The position numbers were made by a program, and so were the translations under genes. Positions 29,348 through 38,549 of a stretch of 64,000 nucleotides of DNA are shown piece after piece. The notes under the pieces are model-generated. The model made no database searches and was not told the origin of the DNA. It saw only the letters and a list, made by a program, of their open reading frames with translations. Numbering within the stretch: position 1 is the stretch's first letter; each line of letters starts with the position of its first letter. The stretch lies in NCBI GenBank assembly GCA_965222375.1, contig CBDCTZ010000016.1, positions 2,240,001-2,304,000 of the forward strand, written 5' to 3'. Source of the DNA: Polyangiaceae bacterium (lineage in GTDB: Bacteria > Myxococcota_A > Polyangia > Polyangiales > Polyangiaceae).

Positions 29348-30409
29348 ATGACCCCGGTCCGTATTGGTCTCGTCTTGACAGCCCTTGCCCTGCTCTCCGC
29401 CTGCGAGGAGAAAAAGAGTGCGACGCCGGCCTCCTCCGCCAGCGCGGGAGCGCCGGCAGGGCCGGCCGTCGACCCGAACTTGGCTCAGGCGGTGGCGGCG
29501 GCTTCAGTCGGTGCGCCGGCTCAGGCAGCGCCTGCCGCCAAGGATGGTCCGCCTGAAACCGGAGTGTTCGCCCCGGGCAAGGCCGACGAGTTGCACAAGA
29601 AGGGTGCTGCGCCGAAGGTGTCCCTGGGGAACAACGGAAGCGAGCCGCGGGAGACCCTGAAGCTCGAGCTGAAGCCCGACTGGAAACAGACCGGCACCGT
29701 CGTGCTTTCCATGCGCGCCGCGCGTCAGATGCTCCCGCCGATTTCTTTCGATATCGCGATGTCGGCTCAAAAGGCCAAACCCGACACGGCCGGCACGCCC
29801 ATCCTGGCCAAAGTAACCGGCGCAAAGGTCGGGGACATGCAAGGACAACCCATACCGCCGGAATTGCAGACTCAGGTCGGCAGATTGAAGGGGAGCAAGG
29901 TGCAACTGCAGGTGCTGGAGAGCGGCGCGGTTACGGATGCCCGCTACGAACTGCCCAAGGGGGGAGACCCCAACTTGAATGCAGTGTTGCGCACCCTCGC
30001 GGAGACGATCAGCGCGTCCGGCATCGTCTACCCGTCGGAGCCGGTCGGCGCTGGAGCCGTTTGGTTGGTCACCTCGAGGGGGTTTGCAGCCGGAGCGGAT
30101 GTGATCAGTTACCGAATGATCAAGCTCGATGTGGTGAGCGAGGCGGGTCTCACCCTCAACATCAGCACCAAGCGCTACAGCGCTACCGACAAGCTCACGC
30201 TGGCAGGCTTGCCGCCGGGGGATCTGACCCTGGTGCAGTTTCAGTCATCAGCGACAGGCAAGGGCACCGCCTCGAGGGGATCGCTCTTTCCGCGACAAGG
30301 CGATCAGAACCAGGTGCTCAACGCGGTCCTCGTCCCTGGCGACAATCCGCAACAACGCATGGCCGTGCAGTCTCAGGCTTCAGCGACCCTGAATTTCCCC
30401 AAGAAGTGA
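29348..30409 (+). CDS. Hypothetical lipoprotein
   Basis: Lipobox LSAC, Ala/Pro-rich linker, beta-rich domain; host-like codon bias. Confidence 0.8.
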   Translation: MTPVRIGLVLTALALLSACEEKKSATPASSASAGAPAGPAVDPNLAQAVAAASVGAPAQAAPAAKDGPPETGVFAPGKADELHKKGAAPKVSLGNNGSEPRETLKLELKPDWKQTGTVVLSMRAARQMLPPISFDIAMSAQKAKPDTAGTPILAKVTGAKVGDMQGQPIPPELQTQVGRLKGSKVQLQVLESGAVTDARYELPKGGDPNLNAVLRTLAETISASGIVYPSEPVGAGAVWLVTSRGFAAGADVISYRMIKLDVVSEAGLTLNISTKRYSATDKLTLAGLPPGDLTLVQFQSSATGKGTASRGSLFPRQGDQNQVLNAVLVPGDNPQQRMAVQSQASATLNFPKK

Positions 30410-30433
30410 GGACAAGGCGCTAGCAGCGGGGGC

Positions 30434-30739
30434 TTAGAAGCCGAGCTCGGTCTTGCGCGCTTCAGCACCGGGAAGGGCGTCACCCTTCTCGTTGATGACC
30501 GGCAAGTCCTTGGCGCGATCCGTGTTGATCTGCAGCCAATCGCTCTGATCTTCGGGCAACTGCGTTTCGTCGAATATCGCCTCGACCGGGCATTCCGGAA
30601 CGCAGGCGCCGCAATCGATGCACTCGTCGGGATCGATGTACAGCATCTCATCGTCGCCGTGGAAACAATCCACGGGGCACACGGCAACACAGTCCGTGAA
30701 GCGGCAGCCTTTGCAGTTCTCCGTGACGACAAAAGTCAT
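30434..30739 (-). CDS. fdxA: 7Fe ([3Fe-4S][4Fe-4S]) ferredoxin
   Basis: MTFVVTENCKGCRFTDCVAVCPVDCFH...CIDCGACVPECPVEAI. Confidence 0.95.
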   Translation of the reverse strand: MTFVVTENCKGCRFTDCVAVCPVDCFHGDDEMLYIDPDECIDCGACVPECPVEAIFDETQLPEDQSDWLQINTDRAKDLPVINEKGDALPGAEARKTELGF

Positions 30740-30862
30740 CTGTCTGTCTCCTTGGCCGCGAATCGCGGCCACTGTTCAGACGCATCCTTGCACAACGCGC
30801 CCAGTTTTCGAACCCCTTTATTGGCCCGTTGGATCCGTCTGATGAGACGGCCCATTCTCGGC

Positions 30863-31468
30863 TCATTGGAAGGGGACAGGGTCGCCGACGCCCTCGCGTA
30901 CGACCACTGGATCACCACCTGTGAGGTCGACCACGGTGGTCGGCACGACGCCACCCGCGCCGGCGTCCAATACCATTCCGAGCCCAGGGAACTCGGTGTC
31001 GATTTCCCGAGGGTCGGGATCAGGCTGCTGCCCACTGCGCGCGGCGGTGCTGGAGATGATGGGTCGGCCGAGTTCACGCACCAGCGCCAGTGCTACGGGG
31101 TGGTTGGGTATGCGCACTCCCACGGTCTTTCGCGCCAGGTGAACCATCTTCGGAACTTCTCGCGTGGCCTCCAAGATGAAGCAATAGGGGCCGGGCAAGA
31201 ACTCCTTCAATATGCGGTATACGTTATTGTGCATGACCGCATAGCGCGCGACGTCCGCAATGTCGCTGCACACGAAGGCGAGCTTCTTGTCGGCGTCCAG
31301 ACCGCGGATCTTATAGAGTCGATCGACGGCTTTTTTGTTGAAGAGGTCGCAACCCAGGCCGTACACGGTATCTGTGGGGTAGGCGATGACTTCGCCCGCC
31401 TCGATGGCCTCGACGGCCCGGCGGATCTTGCGTGGCTCCGGGGTTTCTGCGTTGATTTCAAGAAGCAT
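30863..31468 (-). CDS. Sua5/YciO/YrdC family protein
   Basis: AYPTDTVYGLGC, LPGPYCFIL, TVGVRIP, ISSTA, PTTVVDLT. Confidence 0.92.
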   Translation of the reverse strand: MLLEINAETPEPRKIRRAVEAIEAGEVIAYPTDTVYGLGCDLFNKKAVDRLYKIRGLDADKKLAFVCSDIADVARYAVMHNNVYRILKEFLPGPYCFILEATREVPKMVHLARKTVGVRIPNHPVALALVRELGRPIISSTAARSGQQPDPDPREIDTEFPGLGMVLDAGAGGVVPTTVVDLTGGDPVVVREGVGDPVPFQ

Positions 31469-31486
31469 GGGGCGGGCTGCCCACTA

Positions 31487-33529
31487 CTACGCTTTTTCGA
31501 GAAGCTCCAGCATGCGCACGCAGCGCGGCGGCATCGGCAGGTGCAGCGCACCGAGTTTTGCTCCGAATCTTTCTCCCGAGATGGCGTCCTGCGCGCTTTT
31601 TGCGCCTGCGGCGGTCACCGTTGCCTCCAGCCGAGCCGGAGACGGGTTGATGACAAACAGCAGGCGTGCCTTGCCCTGGGCGTCACGATGTAGCGTCACG
31701 AACACCTGATCCGGTGAGACCGCGAGGTGGGGCAGAGCCAGCTCCTGCTGGGCGCTTTCGATGGCCGCGGCCAGATCATCGTCCTCCGGACCAATCAGCC
31801 CGAAGGATGCCTTGCGAGCCTTGCCGTGTGAAGGTTTTGCTTTTAGGGCTTGGAAGCGATGGTCACGCGTGGGAGGAAAGGGGCCCACGCTCACTGCGCT
31901 GCCCGCCCGTCGCGTGCCGTCCAGCTGCTCGATGAGTTTGGGCTCCAGCCCGCCTGTGCAGGCGACAACCGTCCACCCAGACAACTTGGCGACCTGCTTC
32001 AGGCAATCGCCACTGGCGAAGCCAAACGGGATCTGCGCCGCTTCGAGTTTGGCCTCTAGGCGGCGCACGAACCGCTCCGTGTCGATGCTGACGGGACCAT
32101 CCAGTCCGAAGTCGTCTTCGAAACAAGCCTCGGGTGCGCCTCCGCCCACGACTTGGAACAACGCAGCGCTGAGCGGACCAAAGGCGTGGCAGACTCGCGC
32201 CAAGCGCCGGGCGGAACGCGGGATCACGATTCGCACGGCAACATCGCGGGTGAACTCTCGCAACTTGATGCGCTCTACGGCTTCGAGCAGCGTTTGCCAC
32301 CACTTGCTGGTTTGCCGGGGGTTGCCGCGCACGTCGATCGGTGCACCGATCCACCGGTCGCGGTCCACGGCCATGTAGGCGTTGAGCCCCGAGAGCCCGT
32401 AGGCCAGGGCGCACAAGGTCGTGAAGCTCTGGTCCTCGTGGGTTAGCGGCGGGAAGAACGGTGGAAAGCCCGCACCCAGTTCGCAGGCGAAGGCTGGAGT
32501 TTCGTGCACATCGCAGCGGGTTCTGAGCTCCGAGGTCCGCCGCGCGATCTCGCGCCGGCTCGGTGCGGAGGCTCCGTGGTAGTAGTCTTGCCCCAAAAGC
32601 TCGACGACTCGACAAAGGCGCCCAGGGTCGAGGGGGGTCACGCCTTCGGATAGCGGCAGGTTGTGCGAAAACGGGACGCCCTCGAAACCATGTGCTTCCA
32701 AGGAGCGGCGCATGCGTTGGAACGACTCTGCGAGCAGGTACTCTTGGAATTCCGCCCAGTCCAAGTGGGGCGCGAGCTCTGATGCCTGGGATGCACTGAA
32801 GCTGACCGGGGGTTGAGCGCGCGCGAATGTGGCGTCGGGGTCCGCGTAGCTCTGGCTGAGCTCTCTTACGGTGCCGTAGCGTTTCTTTAGAAAACGCCGG
32901 AATAGAGCAAGGGAGTCGGGGTGGTAGTCTTGATCGTAGACTCCATCTCGGAAGTACATCGCGCCTTCATTGTCGACCTGAACCAGCACGATCGGACCCT
33001 GGGGCCACAGCAGATCTGCGCACTGTTCTGCGACTGCGCGGAACCACTCGTCGGTTTCGTCCAAGAACGCCGTGCTGGCATAGCTCGGGACCGGAAACGC
33101 CAATGGCGGCACGGGTAGGACGACGGGTTTGCCATGAGGCGAGCGCGCTTGGCAGTCGGGATCCCACAAGACGCGCTCCGGAATCCCGAAGCCAGTGAGC
33201 TCAGCGTTGATGTGTGGCCCCGGCCGGAAGATCACGAATAGCTCGAGCTCCTGACACAACTCGAGGAATGCACGCAGATCTTTCTTGGGATCGAGCCGGC
33301 CGAAGTCGTAGTTTCCCTTCTCGAGTTCGTGCACTGCCCAGGGGACGTATATGTCCACCAAGCGAAAGCCGAGCTTCTTTACGGACTGGAGTGCGGGCGG
33401 CCAGTTCGCCACCTCCATGCGAAAGTAGTGCACGGCGCCGGCCCAGAGCGGTACCACGTCTTTGCCAAGCACCAGGCCTTGGGAGCTCAGTTTTGGGCGC
33501 GCTTTGCGCTTGCGCCGGGGCGGGGCCAT
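31487..33529 (-). CDS. Glycoside hydrolase, GH35/GH42-like (beta-galactosidase/glucosaminidase)
   Basis: AVHYFR, YVPWAVHE, RPGPHINAE, QVDNE (acid/base), CELGAG. Confidence 0.85.
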   Translation of the reverse strand: MAPPRRKRKARPKLSSQGLVLGKDVVPLWAGAVHYFRMEVANWPPALQSVKKLGFRLVDIYVPWAVHELEKGNYDFGRLDPKKDLRAFLELCQELELFVIFRPGPHINAELTGFGIPERVLWDPDCQARSPHGKPVVLPVPPLAFPVPSYASTAFLDETDEWFRAVAEQCADLLWPQGPIVLVQVDNEGAMYFRDGVYDQDYHPDSLALFRRFLKKRYGTVRELSQSYADPDATFARAQPPVSFSASQASELAPHLDWAEFQEYLLAESFQRMRRSLEAHGFEGVPFSHNLPLSEGVTPLDPGRLCRVVELLGQDYYHGASAPSRREIARRTSELRTRCDVHETPAFACELGAGFPPFFPPLTHEDQSFTTLCALAYGLSGLNAYMAVDRDRWIGAPIDVRGNPRQTSKWWQTLLEAVERIKLREFTRDVAVRIVIPRSARRLARVCHAFGPLSAALFQVVGGGAPEACFEDDFGLDGPVSIDTERFVRRLEAKLEAAQIPFGFASGDCLKQVAKLSGWTVVACTGGLEPKLIEQLDGTRRAGSAVSVGPFPPTRDHRFQALKAKPSHGKARKASFGLIGPEDDDLAAAIESAQQELALPHLAVSPDQVFVTLHRDAQGKARLLFVINPSPARLEATVTAAGAKSAQDAISGERFGAKLGALHLPMPPRCVRMLELLEKA

Positions 33530-33653
33530 TTTGCGGCGCCCACGTTAGCCCGAAATGTCGACCGAGTCATTCGTCCCTGAATGGCCGCCGGTGCTTGAAT
33601 CCCGAGCGAAAATCCGGAAAGTGTGGCGGCGGCGCTGGGCCGTGACGAATGTA

Positions 33654-34745
33654 ATGACTCCCTCACTCGCCAATCTATGGCCGCCTCTCGCGGCAGGCCT
33701 GCCTGACGCAGGTACGCCGTGGTTGCCCGTCTTATACGTCGTGCTCGCTTTGATGGCGGGTCTCATCGTGGCGTCTCTGCTGCTGTGGGCGTTGACGCAT
33801 TGGGCAGGGCGAACGGACACGCACATCGATGACGCTATCGTCGAGCTAATGCCCAAGCCGATTCGGTTGCTGGGCGCTCTGATCGGCGTGCGCTTGGTGA
33901 TGCCCGTGGTCGGGTTGCCTGAGGTCTATCGCGTCCCGGTCGCCCACGGGCTGTTGGTGGTGACGATCTTGGCAGCTGGCTGGGCGTTGATGAAGGCCGT
34001 TCGGGTCTTCGAGGAGGCCGCTCGGCGGCGTTTCGAAGAAGCCGAGACCGAGGATCTGCGCGCTCGCGCGGTTCGGACTCAGGTCCGCGGCGTGCGCAAC
34101 ATTGCCGACTTCGTCATCTTCGTGCTGACTTTTGGTTTCGCTTTGACGACCTTCGAGTCAGTCAGACAGATCGGCAACGGCGTGCTGGCGTCCGCCGGTC
34201 TGGCCGGCATCGTTTTGGGCTTTGCGGCGCAGAAGACCCTGGCCACGCTGCTTGCGGGCATTCAGCTGACATTGACTCAACGTATTCGCGTGGATGATAT
34301 TGTCATCGTCGAGGGGGAATGGGGCAGTATCGAGGAAATCCGGCTGACTTACGTCGTGGTGTGCATCTGGGACAAACGTCGGCTCGTGGTTCCCGCGACG
34401 TACTTCATCGAGAAGCCCTTCGAGAATTGGACGCGGTCGTCGACCGAGCTGTTGGGCACGATCAAGTTGTGGCTCGACTACAGCGTGCCTGTGGATGAGA
34501 TTCGCGCTGAGCTCAAGCGCATTTTGGACGAGTCCGAGCACTGGGATGGAGAGTCCTGGGGGGTTGTGGTGACCGACGCGAACGAGCGCGCCATGTTAGT
34601 GCGACCGCTCGTCAGCGCGAAGGATGCCGGCGCGCACTGGAATCTGCGCTGCGAGGTGCGAGAGAAGTTGATCACGTTCGTGCAGCAAAAATACCCGAGT
34701 GCGCTGCCCCGGATGCGCGCGGACGTGGACAGTCGCGCGGCCTAG
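33654..34745 (+). CDS. mscS: Small-conductance mechanosensitive channel (MscS family)
   Basis: LASAGLAGIVLGFAAQ, GEWGSIEEI, IWDKRRLVVP, FENWTR; start position uncertain. Confidence 0.9.
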   Translation: MTPSLANLWPPLAAGLPDAGTPWLPVLYVVLALMAGLIVASLLLWALTHWAGRTDTHIDDAIVELMPKPIRLLGALIGVRLVMPVVGLPEVYRVPVAHGLLVVTILAAGWALMKAVRVFEEAARRRFEEAETEDLRARAVRTQVRGVRNIADFVIFVLTFGFALTTFESVRQIGNGVLASAGLAGIVLGFAAQKTLATLLAGIQLTLTQRIRVDDIVIVEGEWGSIEEIRLTYVVVCIWDKRRLVVPATYFIEKPFENWTRSSTELLGTIKLWLDYSVPVDEIRAELKRILDESEHWDGESWGVVVTDANERAMLVRPLVSAKDAGAHWNLRCEVREKLITFVQQKYPSALPRMRADVDSRAA

Positions 34746-34840
34746 GCGCCCGGCGGACGAGCCGCGCGGCCTAGACGCGGCTGCGGGTAGCCCAAACGCG
34801 GCGCGCACGGGAGCAACTTCGCGTGCGGGCGTCGGCGGCG

Positions 34841-36685
34841 TCAGATCTTCTCGATTCGATTGGAACCGCTGGGCGTGCGGAAGCCGGTCTTCTCGACCTT
34901 GCCGTCCCAGGTTTCGCTCTGGACATCTTGAATATCGAGAAAAGTGACACGGATTTCGTTGTCGCCGTCCACTTCCATGATGCTCACGCCATGCGCGAAA
35001 CTCTTGTTGTACTTGTAGTGCTGGTTTGAATCGTTCAGCACCTTGTCGAACTGGGGCACGATGGGTTTGAGGCCGAACGTGCCGTCGGGGTCGAGGCCGT
35101 TCACCTGGCGTTCGGCGATCTCCTTGACGGGGCTCGAACTGATTCCGGCGGTGACGTACTCTACCGCCACGGGTTCGCCGGGATTGCCAAAGTCCAGTTG
35201 GAGTTCGGAAGCGCAAAACGCGTGGATGTCCCCGGTGATGGCTACGAGGTTCTTGACGTCTTTGAGCGCACCCAAGACCTCTGCGCGTTCAGATCGGAAG
35301 CCGTCCCATTGGTCGACGGTGAAGTAGTAGACAGCCTTGAATAGACTTGGAACGGGGAACGGATTGAGGTCGACGTTCATTTCGAGGAGCTGGGTTTCAT
35401 TGCCCCAGATCTTCCAGCTAGCCGACGAGCCCTTTACCGTGTCGAGCAGCCACTGCTTCTGTTCGGCGCCGAGCATCGTGGGCTTGACGAAGGCCTCGAT
35501 TCCATCAAAGCCACTCTTGCGCACGAAGTTGCGGGTGCCGATTGCGGAGTTCCCGAAAGACTTGCCCGCTTCTGCGTAGGTGGGCACCGTGTCTGGAGCG
35601 CCTGGGGGGCGATCTGCACCCTTGGCGTTCTCCGGGATCGCGTGGTCCGAGCGGTAGGAGCGCTGGTCCGTCAGGATGAGCTCCATGTGCTTGCCGTACC
35701 TCAGCGTACGGTAGATCTTCAGGTCGTTTGGGAAGCTCGCGTTGCCGTCCCAGGTCACGTCGGCGGGTAGGTACTCGAACCAGGCTTGATTGGCCGCCAT
35801 CCGACGCTCTGGGCTCTTTTCGTCGCCCTTGGTCTCGTTGAAATCCGTGGCGTGATCCTGCCACGCGTCGTTCGCGAACTCATGATCATCCCAGATACAG
35901 ATGAAGGGGAACAATCGATGCGCTTCTTTCAGGTGCTTGTCGGAGCGGTACTGTTTGTACACGCCGCGGTAGTCCGCCAGGGTTTTTGCGGCTTTGACCG
36001 CCGGCTTCGCGTCGGGCGGATCCGTGGCCTCTTCGATCACGAGCCCGTCCGGGATTTCGATCTTCCGCGCACTGCCCGTGAGTTGGAAGTCTGAGTCGCC
36101 GTTGGTTTCGTAGATGTAGTCCCCGAGGAAGACGACGAAGTCGACAGGGTCTTCGGTCTCGACCAGCGCGCGCCAGCTGTGATAGTAGCGACCGATGAAG
36201 TCTTGGCAGGACGCAAAGGCGAAGCGCACGTTGACGTCTTGGTCGTCCGTGGGTGCCGTTTTGGTACGTCCAATGTCGCTCTGCACCTTTTCGGCGATGA
36301 AGCGATAGAAGAGCTGGGTGTACGCGGCCAAACCCGTCGGCTTGATGCGCGCGGTCCAGTCCGTCGTTTCGTCGACGGTCACCTTGCCTTCTGCAACCAG
36401 CTGGGTGAAGGCTTCGTCGGTCGCCACTTGATAGTTGACGTCGACGGGACCCGAGCCCGAGTCCGGCACGGCGCGGGTCCACAGGATCACGCTATCGGGT
36501 TTGGGGTCGCCGGAGGCGACACCGTGAGGGAAGACCCGCAACGTGTCTGCGGGGTCTGTGCTGAAGGGTCCGAGCCCACCGGGGCCATCGCCTCCGTCGT
36601 CGTCGGATGAGCAGCCTGCGGCGTAGGGAACCGCGGAAGCGCTGACGACAATGGCCTGTAAGAAGCTACGACGTGAAAATTGCAT
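34841..36685 (-). CDS. phoD: Tat-exported alkaline phosphatase D lipoprotein
   Basis: SRRSFL Tat motif, AAGC lipobox, FPHGVASGDP, LGDYIYE, WDDHEFAND, DQWDGF, TGDIH. Confidence 0.95.
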   Translation of the reverse strand: MQFSRRSFLQAIVVSASAVPYAAGCSSDDDGGDGPGGLGPFSTDPADTLRVFPHGVASGDPKPDSVILWTRAVPDSGSGPVDVNYQVATDEAFTQLVAEGKVTVDETTDWTARIKPTGLAAYTQLFYRFIAEKVQSDIGRTKTAPTDDQDVNVRFAFASCQDFIGRYYHSWRALVETEDPVDFVVFLGDYIYETNGDSDFQLTGSARKIEIPDGLVIEEATDPPDAKPAVKAAKTLADYRGVYKQYRSDKHLKEAHRLFPFICIWDDHEFANDAWQDHATDFNETKGDEKSPERRMAANQAWFEYLPADVTWDGNASFPNDLKIYRTLRYGKHMELILTDQRSYRSDHAIPENAKGADRPPGAPDTVPTYAEAGKSFGNSAIGTRNFVRKSGFDGIEAFVKPTMLGAEQKQWLLDTVKGSSASWKIWGNETQLLEMNVDLNPFPVPSLFKAVYYFTVDQWDGFRSERAEVLGALKDVKNLVAITGDIHAFCASELQLDFGNPGEPVAVEYVTAGISSSPVKEIAERQVNGLDPDGTFGLKPIVPQFDKVLNDSNQHYKYNKSFAHGVSIMEVDGDNEIRVTFLDIQDVQSETWDGKVEKTGFRTPSGSNRIEKI

Positions 36686-36739
36686 GGCCCGGAATCTAGC
36701 GCGAACCGCGAGCTGATGCCCGCCGCAGATGTGGGCCGG

Positions 36740-37660
36740 TCACACGGGGCTCTGGGCCATGCTGGCCAATGTCTCTTCCAGGCTTTTTCCAGGGACGAAG
36801 CCAGTTTCTTCTCGAAACCGGGCGCCATCTACGGTGCAGGAGAACTTCAGGTAGTCCACCGCCCCTTTGGGCACCTTCGGAAAGCCCATGCGCCCGCCCA
36901 CCATGCCGATGATGGGCTCGGGCATGGGGACCCGTGAAGCGCCGGACTGCTCCACGACTACGTGGAGCGGGATGGGGTCGTGCCCGGCTACGTTGAACAC
37001 GCCGCGCAGCCCGGGTTTGAGGCTCAGGCTGAGCGCGGTGACGAAGTCGTCTTCGTGCAGCACCTGGTACAGGGGGTCGAAGCCCGCGACGGTGAAGACG
37101 CGGCGCTGGCGAAGGTAGCGACAAAACAGGTTGTCCTGAGTGGGGCCAACCAGGTTCACGGGGCGAAGCACGACGACCTCGCGCTCCAGCTGCTTCCAGA
37201 GTTGGGCGCTCGCGTAGAGGTCCGCGGCGACGAGATCCTGAATCTCAGGGTAGGTGCGTCCAGCCGCGGGTGGATGGTCTTCGGTCAGGTATAGCGGTTG
37301 GTCCGGTAGAGCACCGTAGATGGTATGTCGGCTCGGGAATACGATCTTCTGGACGCCCGCGGCTACGGCCATTTCGAATACGTGGACCGTGCCCTCGAAA
37401 TTGACCCGGTGACGTTCCTCCGGAGTCGCGTTCAGGCGGTGCAAGCGCGCCAGGTGTACCACCGCCCAGGGATGCACCGTGCGCAGTACGTCGTCGAAGC
37501 TTCGCTTGCGCACGTCAGCGCGATGTTGGGTGACGCCTTCTGGCAATCGCCCGCTGACGCGATCTACCGTGTGCACCTCCCAGCCCTCGGCTAGCAGCGC
37601 GGCGGCCAATAGACGGCCACTGCCGCCCGCGCCGCCAGTGATCACGATGCGCTTTTCCAC
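36740..37660 (-). CDS. NAD-dependent epimerase/dehydratase (extended SDR)
   Basis: ITGGAGGSG, VVHLA, VNFEGT, YGA; 1-bp overlap with the upstream acyltransferase. Confidence 0.88.
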   Translation of the reverse strand: MEKRIVITGGAGGSGRLLAAALLAEGWEVHTVDRVSGRLPEGVTQHRADVRKRSFDDVLRTVHPWAVVHLARLHRLNATPEERHRVNFEGTVHVFEMAVAAGVQKIVFPSRHTIYGALPDQPLYLTEDHPPAAGRTYPEIQDLVAADLYASAQLWKQLEREVVVLRPVNLVGPTQDNLFCRYLRQRRVFTVAGFDPLYQVLHEDDFVTALSLSLKPGLRGVFNVAGHDPIPLHVVVEQSGASRVPMPEPIIGMVGGRMGFPKVPKGAVDYLKFSCTVDGARFREETGFVPGKSLEETLASMAQSPV

Positions 37661-38502
37661 TAGAAGAACACACCTTTCCGGGTGCGCAACCCTTCTGCGA
37701 GCAGAGTGGCGACTGCAGTTTCGACCTTTTCGACCATCGGACGCAACACGTGATCTTCTTCAGTGCCGGTGCCTTCGAAGAGCAGGGGTTTACCGAAGTG
37801 GATGTGCACTTTTGCGGGCAAGGGAAGGGGCAGTAGCGTGGGTGTCAGAGGTGCGTAGGGCACGCCCATGAGCTTCGCGATGGGGCGCATCCGCGAAAAG
37901 CTAGGGCACATCTCCTCCCCGCCGATGAAACCGATGGGCACGATGGGCGTCTTCGTCTGAAGTGCCAAGCGCATGAAGCCCTGGCCGAAGCCCATGATCT
38001 TGTAGCGGTCCCAGAACACCTTGCCGCCGCCGCGCTCTCCTTCGGGAAAGACCAAGACTGCCGCTTCCTCCTCCTGGAGCAGACGGCGGCAGTTGGCTGG
38101 GATCCCCACCAGTTGCCCCATCCGACTCATCAGAACGTTCACGAACGCCGGCTCGGCGAAAAAGCGCTCGATCATCGCGCGCACGAATCGCGGCGGATTG
38201 GCCTCCAACACCATGGCAGCGCAGATCAACATGCCGTCGTAGGCGAGTTGAGCGCTGTGGTTGCTGATCATCAGCACACGGCCAGCGGGGACATTCTCGA
38301 GCCCATGGCACTCTACGCGGAAGTAGCGTTCGTACAGCAACCTTACGAATACGAGCAGACGCTTGGCGGCGGCGGGCGAAGCGCCCCAGCGGTCGTATCC
38401 GAAAGCGTTCGGCTGGAGGTCGAGGCGATTGACGCTGTCGTGGATTTCTTCGTCCACCAGCCGGTCTAGGGCGGCTTCCCAGCTGCGAAAAGGTCGGGGC
38501 AC
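37660..38502 (-). CDS. Lysophospholipid acyltransferase family protein
   Basis: SNHSAQLAYDG, VFPEGERG, GFMRLAL, PIVPIG. Confidence 0.9.
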   Translation of the reverse strand: MPRPFRSWEAALDRLVDEEIHDSVNRLDLQPNAFGYDRWGASPAAAKRLLVFVRLLYERYFRVECHGLENVPAGRVLMISNHSAQLAYDGMLICAAMVLEANPPRFVRAMIERFFAEPAFVNVLMSRMGQLVGIPANCRRLLQEEEAAVLVFPEGERGGGKVFWDRYKIMGFGQGFMRLALQTKTPIVPIGFIGGEEMCPSFSRMRPIAKLMGVPYAPLTPTLLPLPLPAKVHIHFGKPLLFEGTGTEEDHVLRPMVEKVETAVATLLAEGLRTRKGVFF

Positions 38503-38549
38503 TCCTGGAGCATAGCCCCGGAGCCGCCGGGCTCGCTATGCTTCCAAGC
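38503..38549. promoter_or_regulatory. Back-to-back -10 hexamers (TATGCT) of divergent, probably leaderless promoters
   Basis: AGCATAGC (38509-38516) and GCTATGCT (38535-38542) form an inverted pair, 6 and 7 nt from the GTG and ATG starts. Confidence 0.55.
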
